From positions 755,190 to 819,189 of the forward strand of contig MU053334.1 of the NCBI GenBank assembly GCA_013239625.1: a stretch of DNA of 64,000 bases. Direction: 5' to 3'. A program made the position numbers and the translations under genes. Source of the DNA: Lama guanicoe (lineage: Eukaryota). The notes beneath the pieces are model-generated. The model was not told where the DNA came from, did no database searches, and saw only the letters and a program-made list of their open reading frames with translations. The first letter of the stretch is position 1; every line of letters begins with the position of its first letter. Positions 10,891-21,899 of the stretch are shown one piece after another.

Positions 10891-12502
10891 GCAGACGTCT
10901 GTGGGGGCTTCCGTGAGGAGCGCAGGCCCAGGTGAGGGCTGCCAGCTTCCCGGCCCCTAGAGCACGGTCAGCAGGCTGAGACCAGCCTCGAGGATCCCGT
11001 CCCACTCATCTGTCCAGCCATCCAGGACCGATCAAGTGCCTAAATCTCTTGGCTTGGGGGCCAGGGTGACACAGAGGCAGGAGCAGGGGTGCCCAGCATC
11101 AGGGGACCGGGTGTTCGGGGACCAGGCTGTGGAGTCGGGTCGAGAGCAGGTGGAGGCCAGCCCACCAGGCCCAGGTCTTGCCTCCCCACTGCCTTGCTCA
11201 GCCCTTGGCAAATCTGACCTCTGGGAACCTGGGGGACTGGGGAAACGGCCTCCCTGATGCCACTGGCCCCAGGGTCCTGAGGCCTTCTGTACCCCTGCTG
11301 GTCACCTGCCCCTCCCATGTCAGGGCAGGGGAAGTACCACTGTGCCCGTGCAACGACTGTCAGCTTTTTCCAGTTCTGTTTTATGGACTTCAGGGGGCTG
11401 CCAGAGTTATAAATAGACGTTCCTGAGCTAAAGATAGCCTTGCCAGAGCCACAGCCAGTGTCTCTAGCTTTTGGCCTCTTGGAGGACTTCTGAAGATGCA
11501 AGATCTGAGGACCCTACCTCCTCCCGCAGCCTCACCCTTTCATTTTCTCTCGCTTCCTCTTCCTCCCAGGCCTCCGGAAACACACGTACACCACGCACAC
11601 GTGTGTGCTCACCCCCTTGCCCTTGTGCTCATATACACACACGTGTGTGGTCACACCCACAAGCAGAGACACAGGTCTGGCTGTTGTCACTGGTTTGGGC
11701 TACCTGCCTGCTTGAAAAGGGGGAAGGAGCTGTAGGGTGAGCAGGTGAACCCTCCAAGTTGGGGCAGAGGCCCTCCAGGAACTGGTGCTGCGTTAGCCGG
11801 GGGACTGTGGGGCTGGGGCCCAGGTCTGCTGGCGAGGCTGCCTGAAGACTGCGGGCACTAAGTTCTCAGGAAACACAGAGGGGTGCCTGGCGTGTAGTGA
11901 GCGCTCAGTGTATTGGAGCTGCTGCGATGGTAACAACCAGGCCAACTCTGGAGTGACCCGGAGGAGTCGTGTCTAAAATCCGTCCCAGGGCAGCACAGCA
12001 TGGACGCTCAGAGCTACTGTGTAAACCCACATGGGCAGGTGAACCCCAACCCCGCCATGGGGGCTGCTCTAGCGCGTTCCACGCACACACTGTGATCAGG
12101 GAGGGAGGCCTGCCTCTGGGGAGAGAACCCACACTCACGTGTGCACACACTCAGAGCTCTGCAAGGGCGCGTGGAACTGTTCCCATGGGTTACTTCTGGA
12201 GAGGGGTGGGGGGAGCTGAGGGGCAAAACTGAGTTTCCGTTGGACACAGTTTTAAGTTATGTGAATTTTCAGTAGCACGTAGCAACAGAAAGGGTGCTTT
12301 ACATCCCAGGGTGCAGCCAGGGACGTGGGCTCTGCCTGCCCAACCTGCCCGCTGGGCTCAGGGTAGTGAGTCCCGAGCAGTCTGACTTTCCAGGCCCAAC
12401 TCCCCAACCTCCTGGGCCCAGGAAGCCCCTCTCCCACCCACCCACCCTCCCCAGCCTGAAGAAAGAGGCAGTCGAGGCGCAGAGAAAACGTCCAGCTCAG
12501 AA

Positions 12503-12535
12503 TTTATTACAACACGATTCAGTTCAGAATTTATT
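12503..12535 (-). terminator. DUSP8 polyadenylation signals (two AATAAA, 27 nt apart)
   Basis: Plus-strand tttatt at 12503-12508 and 12530-12535; each reads TGTAATAAA on the minus strand. Confidence 0.8.
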
Positions 12536-13186
12536 ACAACACGTTTCCAAATACAAAAGAAGGGGACAGGACAGGGGGCAGAGTGTGGCCGCGCTGGGGG
12601 AGGGGTTCTGAGGAAGGGTGGGCAGCTGGGTGGGTGGCCCAGTCCAGAGAGACCGGGAGCCCTGTCGGGGTACCTGCCACCTCTCCTCTGCTGGACTTCC
12701 CAGCAGATAATAGGAGGGGGCTGGGATGGGACCCCCCATTGCCAGGGCACTGGGCCGGGACAGGAGGGGTGGGAGGGCCGAGAGGCCTGGGGGCCCACCC
12801 CCTCCCTCTTGGACCGTGGGTAGAAGTGACGAGGGAGGGGCTCTTGCCCAGTGCCTGGTTCCCCCAGCACAGGTGGGGGTGCGGCTGAGGCAGGACCTTC
12901 TCCCCTGTCCCAGCTGCTCACTTTGGGGTGACCAGTGTCGCAAGAGCCCCCACGTGCCCCAGGACAGAAGCCACAGAAGGCCCTGCAGCCCTGGAGAAGG
13001 ACGGAAGGAGGGAGGATGGGTGTGGGACCTGCCTCGAGTTCTGGGGCCCAACCAGTGGCCCCGACCACTGTCTCCTGGACAGCACAGGGGTGGGGCGCGG
13101 AGGTGGGGGCCAGTGCATCCTCCACACCCAGGGTCACCTCAGAAACCCAACGCAATAGACAGACAAGAGGCAAATTTACATAATCA

Positions 13187-13206
13187 ATAATAATAATAAT
13201 AATAAT
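13187..13206. repeat. (AAT)n microsatellite = (UUA)n AU-rich tract in DUSP8 3' UTR
   Basis: aataataataataataataa. Confidence 0.85.
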
Positions 13207-13264
13207 TAACCAATAATAATAAATACTTAAACCTCTAATCCATGGATTGCAAATACAACAATGA

Positions 13265-13272
13265 TAGCTTAT
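13265..13272 (-). promoter_or_regulatory. miR-21-5p 8mer target site (ATAAGCTA) in DUSP8 3' UTR
   Basis: Plus tagcttat = minus ATAAGCTA, the exact complement of the miR-21 seed AGCUUAU plus A1, in AU-rich context. Confidence 0.7.
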
Positions 13273-15012
13273 TTTCTGGGGGATGGGCGGGGACAGAGGG
13301 GAGAGGAACAGGACTTCAGGTCATAGGAGGGAGGACAGGGACATAGGGCTGGGGGTCAAAAGAAGAACAAATAGAAGAAACAGCCAGAGAACAGCTGGGG
13401 GGGCAGGCACCCCCCCCATGCCTGAGGACTCAGTCCTGCCCGGGTCACCCCTCCTGCCAAGCCCCTGACCTAGTCCCAAGGTGACCAGCCCCTACTCCTA
13501 GACTCTCTAGGACATCAGGTTGGAGGACGTTAATTCCTGCCTCCCAAAGCCTTGGGTCCCACCGACCCAAGAGGGTGGGGGCGGCTGGGGCTTTTCTCCT
13601 GCCCTCACCCCCAGGCTGGCCCGCCTGGGCCAAAAAGCCACCTGCGGGTGGGGACTGGCACGTCACCTCAAAGATACCAGGGAGACTTCAGAGAGGAGAG
13701 CTCCCCGGGAAAGGGGTGTACGGGGTGGGGGGCTCTCTCCTCCGAGGTCCTTGTGGGGCTTGGGGCAGACATAGGCCCCCTTCATCTGCTTACATCAGGG
13801 ACCTTTACCTGCCTGGAGATGGCTCTCCCAAAACTAAGGGCCTCACCCTCTAGGAGTGAAAGGGTCTGACAGGCATTTAACTGCCCACTTCCTCCGCAAA
13901 GCGGTCACTCGTGGAGGTACCTCAACCCGCAGGACCTTCCTGAACTCTAGGTCTGACCTGGGGCCTAGGGGGGTGGGACAAGAGCCCACACCAAGCCTCT
14001 AAGTCCCTCTGCCCTCTGCTCAGTGGCGCGGGCACTGGCTGGCCCAGCTCCTCTCGCTTGACACCTGCAGGGGCCAAGCCCCCCTCCTGCTGTTCCCCAC
14101 CTGGCAGCTGGCGCTAGGGGGCACCCATGAAGCAGAGGAGAGGGGAACAGCTTCCTCTGAACTGGTGAAACTAGACCCAGGCTCAGGCAGGAGTGGAGAC
14201 ATTCCATCTCCAGCCCGCCCTGGGGACCCAAATCATCAGACACTCCGGGGGCCCCCTTCACTGCACTCCGGCCCTGTTCCACACCCCAGCCGTCTCAACA
14301 CCCCGGTCTCCTCAGGCCCAAGCCCTCAACACCCGCCAGGCCACAGGCCCGGGGGGGGGGTGGGCAGTGGAGGTGCCCTCAGTGGCACCAAGCTTTGGCT
14401 CCTGGAGCTGACAGGCTGCTAGAAGTGCCCCCTCCACTACACCCCGGCTCCTGGAGACACTGCCTCCCACCTATGGCTTTGGCGCAGAGCCCAGAAGACG
14501 CAGGGGAGCTGGAAGAGGTTGGGGAGGACGGGGCGGGCAGGGAGGTTCTGCGGCTCAGTTTGTGGCAAAGTTTTTTTTTTATCCTTTTTTCCCCCTTTTT
14601 CTTATGTAAAAAGTGCACAAAAGCTCAGCAGCCTCTTTGCATCGATCAGCAGTGTTTCCTGGGGGAGCGGGTGGAGGGGACCCCAGGCCTGGCACCCCAG
14701 CCTGCAACTGAAGGTGGCCTCATATTGCTTAGAAACGTGGGTTTCAGTTTAAATACCAGACAGTAAAAATAGAGCTCAGAGGGCCGCCCGCAGTGTTGCC
14801 AAATCATTGCCAGAATGAACAGCTCAAATAAATAAAAAATTGAAATATTTACTTCTCGATAAAAATCGCAGTAAAACCATTTACCTTTCTTTGCGATACA
14901 TATACTATATATTTATAGCGGGCCGGCTGCTGGCGGCCCAGCCGAGGGAGCGGACGGCGGCAAAGGCGCTCGGGGCGCTGGGTCCCCGCGGAAAGGCCGC
15001 GCCCGGCCGCGG

Positions 15013-15234
15013 TCAGGACACCTCGATGACCTCCACGCTGCCGGAGAAGCTGGCCTGCTTGCCCAGGGCGGCCAGCTCCTCGCCGCGTGCGCGCCCCTCC
15101 ACCATGCCCTCCTCGAACTCCATCTGGCAGCTCCGGCGCTTGAACTGCGTCTCCGGGGCCGGCTCGTCCGGCCAGCCGGTCCTCGCGTCCCGGGCCTCGG
15201 GCCTCGCCGCCTCCCGCCGCCGCTGGCCGCCACT
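15013..15234 (-). CDS. DUSP8: DUSP8 conserved C-terminus (SGGQRRREAARPEARDARTGWPDEPAPETQFKRRSCQMEFEEGMVEGRARGEELAALGKQASFSGSVEVIEVS*), out of frame with the upstream part as assembled
   Basis: Direct translation gives the DUSP8/DUSP16-type ending KRRSCQMEF...SFSGSVEVIEVS with TGA at 15013-15015. Only 2 nt (15235-15236) separate it from the upstream frame. Confidence 0.88.
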   Translation of the reverse strand, partial: SGGQRRREAARPEARDARTGWPDEPAPETQFKRRSCQMEFEEGMVEGRARGEELAALGKQASFSGSVEVIEVS

Positions 15235-15236
15235 AA

Positions 15237-15966
15237 CGGCGTGCCCGGGGAGTCGAGCGGTGGAGCCCAGCCCCCGGGGCCGGCCGGCTGGCCTGGGCCA
15301 GGCAGCCCGGGCGCCGACAGGGCCGAGAGGCCGTGCCGCGGAGTGTGCCGGGGGGCGTCGCCGAAGTTCAGGCCGAGGCCGTGGGCTGGGGAGCGCGCGG
15401 GGGAGCCCGCTGGAGGCCTGGGCCGCCTGCGGAGCCTCGGGCGCGTCTCCGGCGCCGCGTCCGGGCTGTCGGGGCTGGGCGAGGGCAGGCCCAGCGCACC
15501 CCCCGACGGACTGTCCAGCTTGCAGAGCTTGGGGGCCTCGCCGGGGTCCGGGGGCCCGGGGTGGTCGGGCCGCCGGCTGGGGGCGTAGGCCGACTTGATG
15601 TCCAGCGAGAAGGAGCGCTTGAGGCGGTTGGTGTCCTGCAGGCGGTCGGAGGAGAGGTGCAGGCCCCGCAGGCCCTGCTGCAGCGCGCTGGTGGCCGGGG
15701 CTGGGGCCAGGGCCTCGCCCCCTGCCGTCTGGGCGCCCTCCCTGGCTGCAGCAGCCGCTGCGCTCCCGGTGGCAGCGCTCTCTGAGGTAGGTGGTGGCAG
15801 CGGTGGCAGTGGGGCCGCAGGGCCTGGGAGGGGCTCCGGGGTCCCCGGGTAGGGAGCCCCGTCGCCCTGCAGGGCGGCCAGCAGCTTCAGGCTGCGCTCA
15901 TACTCCAGCAGCTGGCCCAGGAAGTTGAAGTTGGGCGAGATGGACGGGCGCCGGTCCTTCACGAAC
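15237..15966 (-). CDS. DUSP8: DUSP8 exon 7, 5' part (RFVKDRRPSISPNFNFLGQLLEYE...LQQGLRGLHL...LDSPGTP), up to the apparent frameshift
   Basis: Acceptor ccccag|G at 15966. Contains the DUSP motif RPSISPNFNFLGQL, an NES-like LQQGLRGLHL and a PEST-like tail. As assembled, this frame runs on to TAA at 14913-14915. Confidence 0.93.
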
Positions 15967-16159
15967 CTGGGGGAGGGGCAGCTCCGTGGGGCGAGGCTCC
16001 TTCTGGGCCAGGCTGCCGGCCGGACTTGCCTGGCACCCACGGCCCACGCCGGGGCACACACACCAACGTGCAGATCTGAGTGTGTGGGGCTAGGCTCAGG
16101 CCTCCCCCTCCCCTGAAGGGGCTGTTAGTGGCTAGAGGGGGAGGGGAGGGAGGGGCTAC

Positions 16160-16283
16160 CTGTAGGCGTCGTCTGAGGACATGCCCATGGTCTTCATGAT
16201 ATACGCGATGGCGATGGTGGCAGAGCGGGAGATGCCGGCCAGACAGTGGACGATGACTTGGCAGCTGGACAGCTTGGCTTTAT
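16160..16283 (-). CDS. DUSP8: DUSP8 exon 6 with PTP active-site signature VHCLAGISRS
   Basis: Acceptor cctctag|AT; donor CAG|GTAGCC; 124 nt; intact HCxxGxxRS motif. Confidence 0.98.
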
Positions 16284-16445
16284 CTAGAGGCAGATGAGGG
16301 CTGGGATAGCACGGTCCTTCCCCAAGCCCAGGCTCGGGCCCCACCCTCCCTACTGCCCATAACTCCAGCTCCTTCCTGGGAAGAGCACCTCCCAGGCCCC
16401 CTCCTTCAGGCCGCCCTCAGGCCCCCACCCGCCCGGCCAGCTCAC

Positions 16446-16605
16446 CGATGAACTCGATGGACTTGTCCAGCCAGGGCAGCAGCTTGTCACAGTAGTTGTC
16501 ATTAATGGGGATGCGCAGGAAGCGGCTCTCGCAGATGAAGTCGGGCTTGGGGCAGGAGCTGCTGGCGTTGAGAACGTAGCTGATCCCGTTCTGGGTCATC
16601 AGATC
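16446..16605 (-). CDS. DUSP8: DUSP8 exon 5 (DLMTQNGISYVLNASSSCPKPDFICESRFLRIPINDNYCDKLLPWLDKSIEFI-D)
   Basis: Acceptor cccccag|GAT; donor TCG|GTGAGC; 160 nt; includes the general-acid Asp loop (INDN). Confidence 0.97.
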
Positions 16606-17191
16606 CTGGGGGAGGGGAGAGCGGAAGAGCAGGCTGGAAGGGGGTGCTGCCCAGCAGGAGGTCCGAAGCCCGGGATGTGTTCAACGTAGGAGCCCGTGGC
16701 TCCTGGAGCCCGGGGCATCTGTCCAAAGGGCTGGGCCTGGGACCCCCCAGGGTTCCCACCCAGAGTCTGCAGCCCGGCCTGGCGCTGGGGCTGAGGGCCG
16801 CTGGTGGCCCACCGCGAGCCCCGCCCACAGCCTGCGGTAGGCTCCCAGGAATTTTACGGCCGCCTGGGCGTGGCTCCACCCTCCTCCCTCGTCACCATTT
16901 TTAAAATACGGGGTTCTTTCAGGGCTGGCCAGGGGCCCAGTGACATCGGCAGTCTGGCATGTGGGCTCTGCCGCCAAAGGGGCAGGGAGCTGCTTCCCGA
17001 CCCGGCCCTGCCAGGCCGGGCCCCTGGGCTCTGCTCCGGTGCTGCCAGCCCCCTTGGGTCCTCCTGTGCCCCCCAGGCCATGCTTTGCCCACACCGTCAG
17101 CGTCCATCCCGAGTTGGGAGTGGGCAGACATCAGCGCCCTGCCTCCCCCAGCCCGCCCAGGAGCTGCTCTGGGCTCTAGCCATGCACACAC

Positions 17192-17358
17192 CTTGTTCAG
17201 GACGTCCTTCTGAGAGCCCAGGTACAGATGGGGCAGGATGCGGGTCAGGCCCACGCTTGGCACGGGCAGACAGGGCTGGGAGATGCTCATGGGCAGCAGG
17301 GCAGTAGGCTTGCCCTCACAGAGGCCAGGGAAGCAGGAGGAGAAGGTGGCAAAGCCCC
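17192..17358 (-). CDS. DUSP8: DUSP8 exon 4 (GGFATFSSCFPGLCEGKPTALLPMSISQPCLPVPSVGLTRILPHLYLGSQKDVLNK)
   Basis: Acceptor ttctgcag|GG; donor AAG|GTGTGT; 167 nt. Confidence 0.97.
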
Positions 17359-20215
17359 CTGCAGAAGGAGCAGAGAGGGATGTGCGTCAGGGGCCCAGCC
17401 AGCTGGGGTGGGAGAGCCAGAGCACCCCCCTCGACACGTTTCAGCCACACCCGGCCCGGACCCCCAGTCCACATGATGGCAGCCACGGAGCCTCTGCCCT
17501 GAGCACCTGGAGGGCGGCTCTTATGGCGATGGCGCTGCGTGCTGTGCACGTTTACAGCCTGCCCCACAACCACATTCCTCTTCACACTAATTAGGGGCTG
17601 GCCCCATCAAGGACGCCGCTGTGATGCCCGTAAAAGCAGGCTGAGGAGGCTGACCAGCACAGCACGCTAGGGGCCGGGGCAGCAGGGGCTCAGAGGCCAT
17701 GGGGGCCTTCCCAGCAAGGGTTTGTATTCCCAGCCCCTCCACACCCATGCCCTGGGGCTAGGCTGAGCCCTTCTGCCTCTCCCTCCTTGCTTCCCGTTGG
17801 CCGGGAGTCCCAGGCCAGGCTTGGATGCCAAGGCTGGGAGGCAAGGGCATCTGAGGGGGCCCTTCCCCAACCCGGGCATGACATCACCCATGGGAGCTGG
17901 CACAGCCGCAGGGGCACTGGCACTCTGGTTCTGGCTCCATTCCACCCAGCAGAAACTGGGCTGAGAGCTGGGAACCCTGGGGGCTGGGAGCACATGGGCC
18001 ACACGCTCTACACGTGGTTGGTATGTGTCCAGTGGCCTTCCCCGCACGCCTCCTCCTGGGGTACAGGTCCCGGGAGACCCCCTGCCATTCAGAAAGGCCT
18101 GAGAGGGACCCACTGGCACCGTCTGACTCAGCGTGTGACACAGGCCTCCATTTCCTTGTCCTGCCTGTCCCAGGCCCTGCTGCGAGGCTCACAGAAGATG
18201 ACCATGAAACAACCTGGCTGCATGAAGCGGGGGGTGAGGCGGGGGGGTGAGGCGGGGTCCCCAGCACCCTTGCCTGCCCTGGTCCCCAGAAGCAGCTGGT
18301 GCTGGAGACCTGTGTTCCCGAGGACCGAGCTGCCTGGTGACCTCCACCTTCACCCCGGGCCCCGCTCAGTGGCCGTTCTGTACAAGCATCTGACCAGAAT
18401 GCTGGCCATGTGTGCTCCTGTGCCCCCAACCAAAGCATGACTTTGGGGAGCCATTGAGGTGGGGCGCCATCAGCCTTGGAGGGGAAGGGGTCCCTTCCTT
18501 GGGCACCTGCTGGTCGGGCAGGGAGAAGCTGGCGACTGGCACCATGTACAATGTCACAGCTCTCAGGTCCCCACAAGAGGAGGCTGGGCTGAGCTGGGCG
18601 TGGTCAGCTCCTGCTCACCATCCAGAGCTGGGGGACCCCTGGACGCTTCAGCTGCAGGACAGGCCCCAGGAGGCACGGGGTCTGCTCTCCCAGCAGCAAA
18701 GCTGGGCAAGTACGGGGGTGCAGGGAGTTCCACCAGGAACCTCCCTGATCAAAGGACAGTTCTGGCAGGTGCAGAGACCAGTCGGCTCTGCTGCAGTTCC
18801 TCAGGTAAGGCCCCCAGGAAGCCAGTCCAGGCAGAGCAAGGCAGCTAGGGGTGCCCCTACAAACTCCCTATAGACGCCAGTCCTTCCGCAATATCAGGGC
18901 CACCCCAGGCCCTGGGGATGGGTGACAAGGGAGGGCCACCTGGGACAGCACCAGTGCCAGCAACCCGACCCTCTGCTCCCTGCACTCTCAGGGCCTGAGG
19001 TGCCCCTGGCCGTGGCGCTCTCCAGGACACCCGTGCCTCAGGAGGGACCCCGCCACCAACCCTGCTCTCTCTGCTGCGCAGGTCAGAGGAAGCCACACGG
19101 CAGCTCCCAGCCCCTCACAAAGAAATCCCCGACCGGCACAAATGCGCGTGTGGGGGAGGCACTCACTACGCGGCCACCGCCCCCACCGCCCCCACGCGCC
19201 TCCTCTCGCACCACACGCTCCTGCCTGGGTTGGGGGGGTGCCCCCGGTAGCGCCCACCACCCTGCCGCGGCTCCCGGGCTGGGGCTGCACCCACCCTCCG
19301 CGCAGGGGGGCTGCTCTCGCCACGGTCCCTGGCCAGGGTCCGAGGGTGGCGTGCACAGGGCAGGATGGCCTGCAGCGACAACACCAGCCCGCATTCCGCA
19401 GCAGTAGCACAGGGCGCAGGGGCGCAGCCAGCTCCAGGCGGGGCGCCTGCCGCTTAAAGGGCCAGGTTCCCTTTCCCGTCCCTGTCCCTGCTGGACGTCA
19501 CCAGCCGAGCAGCTGTGGGGGAGGGGGGCGTGGCGGTGGTCGCAGCCACGGGTTCTAGGACCGCAGCATGGTCTGTCCCCACTGCCCTCTCCCGCGAACC
19601 TCCCTGTCCTGGAGCTCCCTTCTCTCCCGCTGTGACAGGTGCGCTTCCTTGATGCTCCTCAGCCCCACCCACGGGGGGCGGGGTCTGGTCCTCTCTTCTG
19701 GCCTCTACTGAGGACCCGCCCACCGTGCCAGTGATCCTCAAGAGCCCCTTTCCCCCTTTGGGGTGAGCAGCACCCCTCTAACCTTGCCCCCACCCCTCCC
19801 ATTCTCCATGGTTCAGGCAGGAGCTGTGGGCAAGGCCAGGGGGCTGTCCCCAAGTCTCGGTCCGATATGCTGTCACTATGAGCCATCCTCATACAGTGGG
19901 GTGTGCGGAGGGGTGTCATGACTCCTCCTTGGCCCAGCCCTCAGAGAAATAGGGGCAAATACTCTAACCTTGCAGGGTGACGCAGCTCCAAAGGCTGAGT
20001 GAGCCAGGTGGCCCAGCCAGGTCCCCGTGAGCCCCCTTGGGGCATCCCACCCAACCCAGGCCTGCCTTGCCAAGTTTTGGGTGAGGGCACTGCGCCCCCA
20101 GGGAGACAGACCTTTAGGGAGACAGACCTTTAGAGGCTCCGAGCTTTCGGGGCTCCTCTGGGACCCTCTTCTCAGACTCCCAGAAGGGCCTCTGCTTCCA
20201 CTTCCCTCCAGAATG

Positions 20216-20216
<1 letters not shown>

Positions 20217-20268
<52 letters not shown>
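20217..20268. repeat. (AC)26 microsatellite in DUSP8 intron 3
   Basis: Direct reading. Confidence 0.95.
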
Positions 20269-20271
<3 letters not shown>

Positions 20272-21116
20272 CCCAGCTGGGCCCTGGGAGAGTCCTGTTC
20301 TGCTTAGGGCACCTGCAAAAATCGCAGAACTTCTATCCTCTCTCCCCTCCACTCTTCACCTGCTTAGTCCCATACTGAACCCAGGGCAGTGGTGGAATCC
20401 GAGGGTCTGTAATTCTGCAGCTTCTGGTTCCCCACAAACGATGCACACAAATCCCATATTCCACCCCAACAAACTCAGGACCACCAGAGGTGGGACCCCC
20501 CGCCCCCGACCGTACACACACACTGGAGGAGCAGATGCTGACCGCCCTGTAACCACGTGGACTGTGACACACGGAGGGTTCCATCGGTGCCGGGACACCT
20601 GCGGAGAGCAGCACGCACACCGCCCACGGTGCTGGCCTACCCCACTGCCTGCCACACGCCCTTCAGGGCTGGCTCCTACAGCGCCTCCTCTGCGAAGTCG
20701 GCCCAGGGCTGCCTGGCTCCGGCAGTTGATGGACCCTGCCCACATCCTCTCCATAACATGGGCTGTGCTGAAGGCCATGGTGTCCCTGGACACTTGCACA
20801 AGGCCAGCCTGGCGCCCATCGACCGCCCCTCATGTCTGTGTCCAGGAGGTGCTCAGGGCAGACGGATATGCAGAATGAACACAAGCGTCCCGCCAGCGGA
20901 TGCCGGGGTGGCCCTCCACATCCTCCACCAGCCCGCCACAGCCCACGCACAGAGGCCAGGGGCACGTGCGGAGAAGGGCGCACATCCCAGGCACAGGCCG
21001 GCTCCACCTGGCCCCAGGACCTGGGCCACCTATGTGGGGTGCGGGGTGGGTTCCACAGAAGCACGCCAGCCCCTGCCTACAGGATGAAGGAGCCAGTGGG
21101 AACCACAGCACAAGCC

Positions 21117-21158
21117 GTGTGTGTGTGTGTGTGTGTGTGTGTGCACGTGCACACACAC
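21117..21158. repeat. (GT)13 microsatellite ending in a 24-bp palindrome
   Basis: gtgtgtgtgcac|gtgcacacacac at 21135-21158. Confidence 0.9.
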
Positions 21159-21760
21159 GCATGGGCTGGGGAGGGTCAGGCTGCTCTTGGGGAGAGGGAA
21201 GCCCCGTGGGGACCTCTGCTGGCCCCGGGACTGCAGTCCTGATCAAGTAAGCTATTGCCAGGCCACCTGTGCCAGCTGGAGTACGCAAAGGACCTGCCTG
21301 TTTGGGGCCACTTCTGGCCCAGACCAACGTCCTAGTTTCCCGAGGATGGGGCCTCTGTCCCCTCCCTCAGACAGGCATTGTGTGTGTCTGTTGGGGGGTG
21401 GGGGGACGCATTTCCACAGCAGAGCCGCATCTTTGCCCAGATTCCCCCTCCTTGCCACAGGCCTGTGCTGGGGTTTCCTCCTGTCCCCCTCTTCACCTGC
21501 TAGTGGAGGAGGGGTGGGCCTATGCTGGAGGGGGTCCTGAAGTGTGGGGCACAGGGGAGGGGTTGGTGGAGCCCCTGAGAACTCCAGAGCACCTGAGATC
21601 CCCTCCTGTCCCTTCAGTGGCCCCAGCATATGCTGGTCTCTGGGCTTCGAGAAGAGAGTAGAGAGGGACCCAGAATTTTGTTTCCTGGAACAGCCCCCCT
21701 GCCCCACCCCTGCCCAGCTGATGGCGTGGGGAGAGCCTGCTCACAGCGTCCAGAACTCAC

Positions 21761-21899
21761 CCGTGAGGATGGCCACACTGTCAAAGCAGCCGTCCAGCTT
21801 GCTGAGCAGGATGGAGAGGAAGCTGTCTGCGGCCAGCACGCTGGCGTCCCGGGTGCTCTGGTCATAGACCACCACGTCCTGTGGCTCTGCGGCCTCCAC
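21761..21899 (-). CDS. DUSP8: DUSP8 exon 3 (VEAAEPQDVVVYDQSTRDASVLAADSFLSILLSKLDGCFDSVAILT-G)
   Basis: Acceptor cccccag|GTG; donor CGG|GTGAGT; 139 nt. Confidence 0.97.

Larger units (their letters stand above)
12480..15012 (-). other. DUSP8: DUSP8 long 3' UTR (~2.5 kb) with AU-rich blocks
   Basis: AU-rich islands at ~14820-14915 and ~13170-13275 in otherwise GC-rich DNA, ending in AATAAA signals at 12530-12535 and 12503-12508. Confidence 0.8.

Noticed and set aside
15230..15240. A small intron rescuing the DUSP8 frameshift
   Set aside because: No convincing donor/acceptor pair around the junction, and sequence is missing relative to the known protein rather than extra.
15967..16061. 5' part of the 382-aa ORF 14913-16061
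   Set aside because: Intron 6 sequence upstream of the exon 7 acceptor.
18932..18952. REST/RE1 site
   Set aside because: Only the right half (GGACAGCACC) matches; the left half has too many mismatches.
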